This document shows, piece by piece, positions 62,401 to 64,000 of a stretch of DNA of 64,000 bases. The DNA comes from an uncultured virus (IMG/VR IMGVR_UViG_3300044701_001189) (lineage: Duplodnaviria; Heunggongvirae; Uroviricota; Caudoviricetes). The position numbers were made by a program, and so were the translations under genes. The stretch is from the IMG/VR virus record IMGVR_UViG_3300044701_001189; one strand, 5' to 3'. The notes under the pieces are model-generated. The model had not been told where the DNA came from, ran no database searches, and worked only from the letters and a program-made list of their open reading frames with translations. The first letter of the stretch is position 1. The number at the start of each line of letters is the position of its first letter.

Positions 62401-64000
62401 TTAATAGATACCCAGAAGGGTGTAATGCATCCTACAGAATCTGTAGACCTTCTTACTCTTGAAGACGAAGAATACTTAAGCTTGTTTACAGGTACTCTGC
62501 AAAATCCTAAGTTTGGAGAGAAGACCGATGCTCAGATGTTCTTGACTACAAAGACATTTAGACATTTTATGTTTTCTTTTGGTAAGTTTGATGCTGATCT
62601 TGTTGACATGATAGATGCAGTAGAGCGTGGAGAAGAAATTTCTGCAGATCGATTCTTTGGTAATGATAATGTTAAAGGTCATGTTCAGTTTAAGAACTCT
62701 ATGATTTCTTTGAAGCTTGCATACTTTAACACTTCTGGTGATGCACAAGCATATATAAAGACTTCTGCCTTTGTTCTTTCTCCAAGACTGACGTCAATCA
62801 ACAATGAAAAAGCGTATCCCGGTAGAGAGGCTATTCATAATCTTAGACTTAAGCTTGAAAACCAACAGGGAGCTACAGGACTTGCTGCTGCTGCGTTTAA
62901 TTCTGCATCTAAAGGTGCTACAACTTTAAATGGTTTTACAACTCTTTCTGCTGCAAGCTTTGTTCTTCAACAAGAGAATCCAAGTAATAAGACTAAGGTA
63001 ACAAACATGACTCAGGTTGCTCAGACAGTTGAGTCTGACGTACCTGATGCGATTCCTGTATACCACAGAGGTAATAAACTTTCTGCAGGTGCTCTTAAGA
63101 AAAGACACAGCAAACTTGCTGCGGCTAGACTTAAAGAAAAATATGACGAGATAGTTGCTGAAGTATTTCCAAAAGGTCAAAAAACTGCAGATATTGGCAA
63201 GCTTGCTGACAGAATTAAAGATATCTTGATTGGCATTGGAGCAAGTCCAAAAGAAATTGAGATGTTTAGCAGAGATGAGAATGGAAATCTAAAAGCAAAT
63301 CTAAACAACGTTACCATTGAAGATCGTTTTGTACAGATGTATATAACCTTTATGGTAAACAATGTGTTTAGAGAAAAGATTCCTGGTCACTCTTTAACGC
63401 TTGTTTCTAACTACGGCTTTAAAGTTGTTAAGAGAGCTACTGGTAAACTGGACGAGCTTGGTAATCCAATTGGTGAAGTTGTTAGAGATGCTGAGATTCG
63501 TAGAAACCCAGATAAGTATTCTGGATTAAAAGATCTAACAAATATTCTTGAGACAGGTCAAAGTGTTTCTGAAGGAGAGTTTTATGTAGACGAGCTTCGC
63601 CATAACGTACCTGTCTATAATGAGCAAGGTGAAATCATCGATAGATATACTGAGGTAATGATTCCTCCCCAAACTCTTGAAGCAGCTAAGTATCTCAAGA
63701 ATGGTCGTATACCAGAAGCTGTAGCAAGATTGTTTGGTGTTCGTATCCCTTCTCAGGATAAGCACTCTTCTGTTTCTATTCGTGTGGTAGACTTCTTACC
63801 AGTAGAGTATGGTTCAGTTATGGTTTCTCCTCATGAACTTATTGAAATATCAGGTGCTGACTTTGATATTGATAAGGTTTATGCAGCTTCTGCAAACTAC
63901 TTCTATAACCAAAACACTAGAGAGTTTGAAGCATACGGTGATGTAACTACTTCAAAGGATAGATTCCGTCACTTTGTGCACTACTTGTTTAGATACAATG
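53473..64000 (+). CDS. Giant virion protein: ejection-like domain + zincin protease motif + crAss-type RNA polymerase (3'-truncated)
   Basis: ATG 53473; no stop-terminated ORF is reported in this frame, so it appears open to the window end (at least 3509 codons); HEAFH at 59374-59388 with downstream EEYLADQF; KTDAQ at 62521; FGVRIPSQ near 63733; GADFDIDK at 63853-63876. Confidence 0.9.
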   Translation, partial: MADMTNSLGGPTSLTNAYGVSAPSGAEAGLERSLRMLEQFKGDNPQWFSTSGGFTNDPVKNIESLANKPFDLSQTYRAPGYQEPITFGKDVVNFDRYYSHPSFNKLGFNPLRDNETFYNENSHWTEDYARMGSQFGKLFGAGFVGTYETIGDIFQGENFSYSDDISKTYEKASNIGSSTRGGLVGFGNNLLLNSAYTFGIITDYFTTELALAGLTYLSGGTAAPVTGAAAVGKTAQFTKALGGVWDIYKASNSVKKVTNAIDAAQDVTKLKRFWQSTVSGLNPLENTMQFAKELAATEGQIYKMTNLAKTTRGFGAFYKDVKAASMTWSESKLEAGMVEQEVKDELTNKFIQTNGRAPVGQEMQDIEEKSYAAANTTALTNAPLIYATNEITFGTLFKGYTPLGDVAEIAGDGVLGRFTRKAAEKGKILYEKKPGAFKAAVNFAKKPSLKGATGYLTTYAAGNFSEGIQEIGQEIISAAAKDYYTHDVNDPGFASAASWSASLGRATKEQYSAQGLETFLSGFLMGGVVTPVTKGVYNVPNLISRVYDPKAYQEKKAEEAKRDQKILDSLNEVGNDVDSFYKSLAQAFGRARKIGNTAMEAGLNNEQLAQQHAKDAALFEKAHMLMRTGAMNEHIKYLSDLKKLSFQEIKEAIPQLSSRTEEETVAKLDKVINRMQELAKDFITIEKEVKNQYKPSLYQKGTPEYEAEVHSYHAVEEAKRQMLFYKHAIKRHFERNESIINEVKANPAVAKAAYSDFAVMFDEDSLLNEIEVLKKETLLTTEDAEQQAIINNKKERLAILQEMKEGIDKSKTTRKDGSVYTDRRKLNYIQPAYEKFLEHLAKTTGSTIDPQNARKTLSLIFDSKTLVSSAADLQGIYNILADPAGFRDAQVRISEVAKSLFEERKTQSQAIVDRVNLNEKQKSFIENLAKAGIVIAPEEIEAFLEKNIRPSKFYSIRSTDLITPEDPEYMIAMVALAAYYNQAKEQQKGNEGDTVAAETAASNAQKAETVSENLSEAVDNLDTYFQNAIYALYDSATRGQESAMSFQEWELTPAGENAIRAFTEIQEMYNAANTADSVAQWVEDNKGSSRLRDTLIKYNLNIGAVSGLLTDPNVFVNETRPAGYDLETTKGDNGLFILSTTVGTDEQATKVYYVVDNRSNFIGDKSFKTLDEAQAGKRELAEKYAAESQKFLFNGVAFYAGQVVNNGRGVTYKVLTTRKEAQKAIKDSETNPAIKPILRLQVVEDLNNAQRVGTVEEKTFVSGNQRLIPGQYKDFESNEQYKILDLWKYTKIYAARTEADLAEAAKTLDKATDDPEVRSLADKLAEKRVKELLENTPAEELLSRMGVKITKNNNWSEGYLTVDGKFNPHVKERKEKLAIGITLDGEVIGYSRSIQNVQFLDADGNTIPYYEAFKNSLILRRVFKYQGEGAAPIAELRSKANAAFYQAFRIYELANEALAGQNEVVLSPEETAKVFGSFVIGDGAYAFAEPNEVVTMDQLQYSQIEGGYYIIDRASTAKGGDARGTKKTGFVELTTLRGKAREAAKAKIDAALEASPNQLDNRGRYILAVEMPNGKVRFVSLKAPVVDEATQTGLLEGLATLAQDAVANVDNATYTNTEANKDIIDSKMYIALGAGQHAKLRVNASGQLTLQLADNLAMKGAFEINSSRDIVAEPFENMQDFVDHLNDLVSNNRDVIKNYKIKNIQFKTSSFRTSISQGAQAKQLVDLNMETDVKPEVVGNISFRVKPLSKEKPAVEESEKQEKAEQSGFGDIRAILEEKRKKAEAEQAAKTDTGAIDALSALGQQSANMAPPQEPATPTEGLVQRRAELNRSLQDIRNTVRKELLASGVPAAEVVAQRDSDSRVTSILTELAEIEAKLNAGSAKKVIRKPVKQYAEEDATKIDEFIDWVTKNLPRNISVQQVQTLQDNLHNGNITVGEFIMSITALGTNIPGIKGKIRVGASTPFKYHEAFHAVFRMLLTEEEISKYLSIAKKEVNEKLRSASGYKMAGLNRSYKTLKGALNALRKMDPMYEEMSEQELENTLYEEYLADQFEAWKKDIKVETSPTNKSLFARIVDIIVNLFTKGFKKNSYNNLFQEIENGKYSNADIQSNRFTDLIENGAPVIVALKTLVTGQDYITINGKLRRVNKYFAGDASMKLITGIAVAKFRMDTEASEFRNLSDEQKYDKIFADFESHYDYQDEAYVVRDDYEYIESILRDYNTVLVENRKELVEAAEEYLASLNYNAEEQEDSMELVEDDLGPKGAEDSSTENRKEKHTIGGMKSLSAWVRLYIQSTTVPQGAFGRPIAADSYAINVINGAQIYNGLLHVLEGTTKMEEQLSKLSSMLPLAYSSRPTATSLFVKKLFTDFNIQFDEDGTLLKDSINNPAKLMGILKAFQKFRVDYKFFSFDPQGGVIRVINANQRDDSKTQFEYWRSAFYSTVAYRGIEATYTDTKAALEDISTVVSEGVETDLDVFIELSDKLYNASGIYMEPMYLRYSTLSNSENRTPEDELFVRSITAEPLSLEGVNAIVNNLSKKEDPFTRDGETEEANDFSGSAGRIQKIAAGNTTFNDSIGATSFVNADNEIVYGHQIPTYELKRAREVREFAKPEVIGKEDEFVQNNMLLEMPEFLALLSDFGVSRVDGLKIQDLGLEEGEAYRKNTARNKSIEGTTYTRFNDSQFMHTLLAMYLSGSGNIMNKKKTYRDKSGLLKTVGTAFVNLGVIESTSTMDIAEMPVIPMVTLKGNKVVLSEQGVAAITRLIKSEYDNITAVQNQINGTEPYRVIDGYHTGDQRGLKFVDMLGILQNEELRTALETAAKEGTPFEQAVSENSIDASINEFFANVIDESFTIMREAGMLKADAVVGKAGIPYDIINGVTIQKKSDTSDGIIDEERSALLNLLARTEKNKTLPSSLILEHNLSQVIMNSFVMAQSANNLMYGHTGKLINPKSLSVAEISKEFVKRAKGRQAGGPTADSSLIDTQKGVMHPTESVDLLTLEDEEYLSLFTGTLQNPKFGEKTDAQMFLTTKTFRHFMFSFGKFDADLVDMIDAVERGEEISADRFFGNDNVKGHVQFKNSMISLKLAYFNTSGDAQAYIKTSAFVLSPRLTSINNEKAYPGREAIHNLRLKLENQQGATGLAAAAFNSASKGATTLNGFTTLSAASFVLQQENPSNKTKVTNMTQVAQTVESDVPDAIPVYHRGNKLSAGALKKRHSKLAAARLKEKYDEIVAEVFPKGQKTADIGKLADRIKDILIGIGASPKEIEMFSRDENGNLKANLNNVTIEDRFVQMYITFMVNNVFREKIPGHSLTLVSNYGFKVVKRATGKLDELGNPIGEVVRDAEIRRNPDKYSGLKDLTNILETGQSVSEGEFYVDELRHNVPVYNEQGEIIDRYTEVMIPPQTLEAAKYLKNGRIPEAVARLFGVRIPSQDKHSSVSIRVVDFLPVEYGSVMVSPHELIEISGADFDIDKVYAASANYFYNQNTREFEAYGDVTTSKDRFRHFVHYLFRYN

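Noticed and set aside
934..63765. Numerous minus-strand and short alternative-frame ORFs in the track (e.g. 2826-3728, 3783-4340, 7180-7779, 55387-55875)
   Set aside because: They overlap well-supported + strand genes and look like antisense shadows of biased codon usage, with no recognisable motifs
53454..64000. Apparent 10-kb gene desert in the ORF track
   Set aside because: Artefact: the giant + strand ORF has no stop inside the window, so it was not reported
1..64000. Stop-codon reassignment, known in some crAss-like phages
   Set aside because: Genes are long and intact in the standard code; TAG (1431, 36959) and TGA (37588, 43911) end genes at sensible boundaries
1..64000. Introns, inteins or homing endonucleases in portal, MCP or RNAP genes
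   Set aside because: No interrupted frames or LAGLIDADG, HNH or intein motifs were recognised by eye; an HMM scan would be needed to exclude them fully

Overview
The window is the virion (late) gene block of a crAss-like (Crassvirales-related) podophage, probably infecting a Bacteroidota host. Every credible gene is on the + strand in the standard code. Gene order: 5'-truncated portal, acidic scaffold-like protein, major capsid protein, conserved head/neck genes with a ferritin/Dps-like gene and two unannotated Cys-rich micro-ORFs, about 23 kb of modular tail fibres and LamG lectins, fibre chaperone-like genes, Cys-rich FN3 proteins, a metallophosphoesterase, an IHF/HU-like gene, two tail ring proteins, the tail stabilisation (muzzle) protein, four putative cargo/ejection proteins, and a giant ORF (53473 to beyond 64000, at least 3509 aa, missing from the ORF track). 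The giant ORF carries hydrophobic segments, an HEAFH zincin motif and the RIPSQ...DFDID motifs of the crAss-type virion RNA polymerase. Most interesting observations: (i) cargo proteins built from small modules separated by about 20 xxxGG linkers, suggesting processed polyproteins, one module being beta-barrel-like; (ii) an intergenic hairpin whose loop is complementary to an AAACCAAC motif at three head-gene start codons; (iii) a 39-aa peptide resembling the redox-active C-terminal tail of ribonucleotide reductase; (iv) GNVGIGT fibre junctions conserved at DNA level while other fibre repeats are synonymously scrambled; (v) a recurrent GTAWATTA promoter-like motif. Assignments rest on motif recognition and gene order only; no searches were run.
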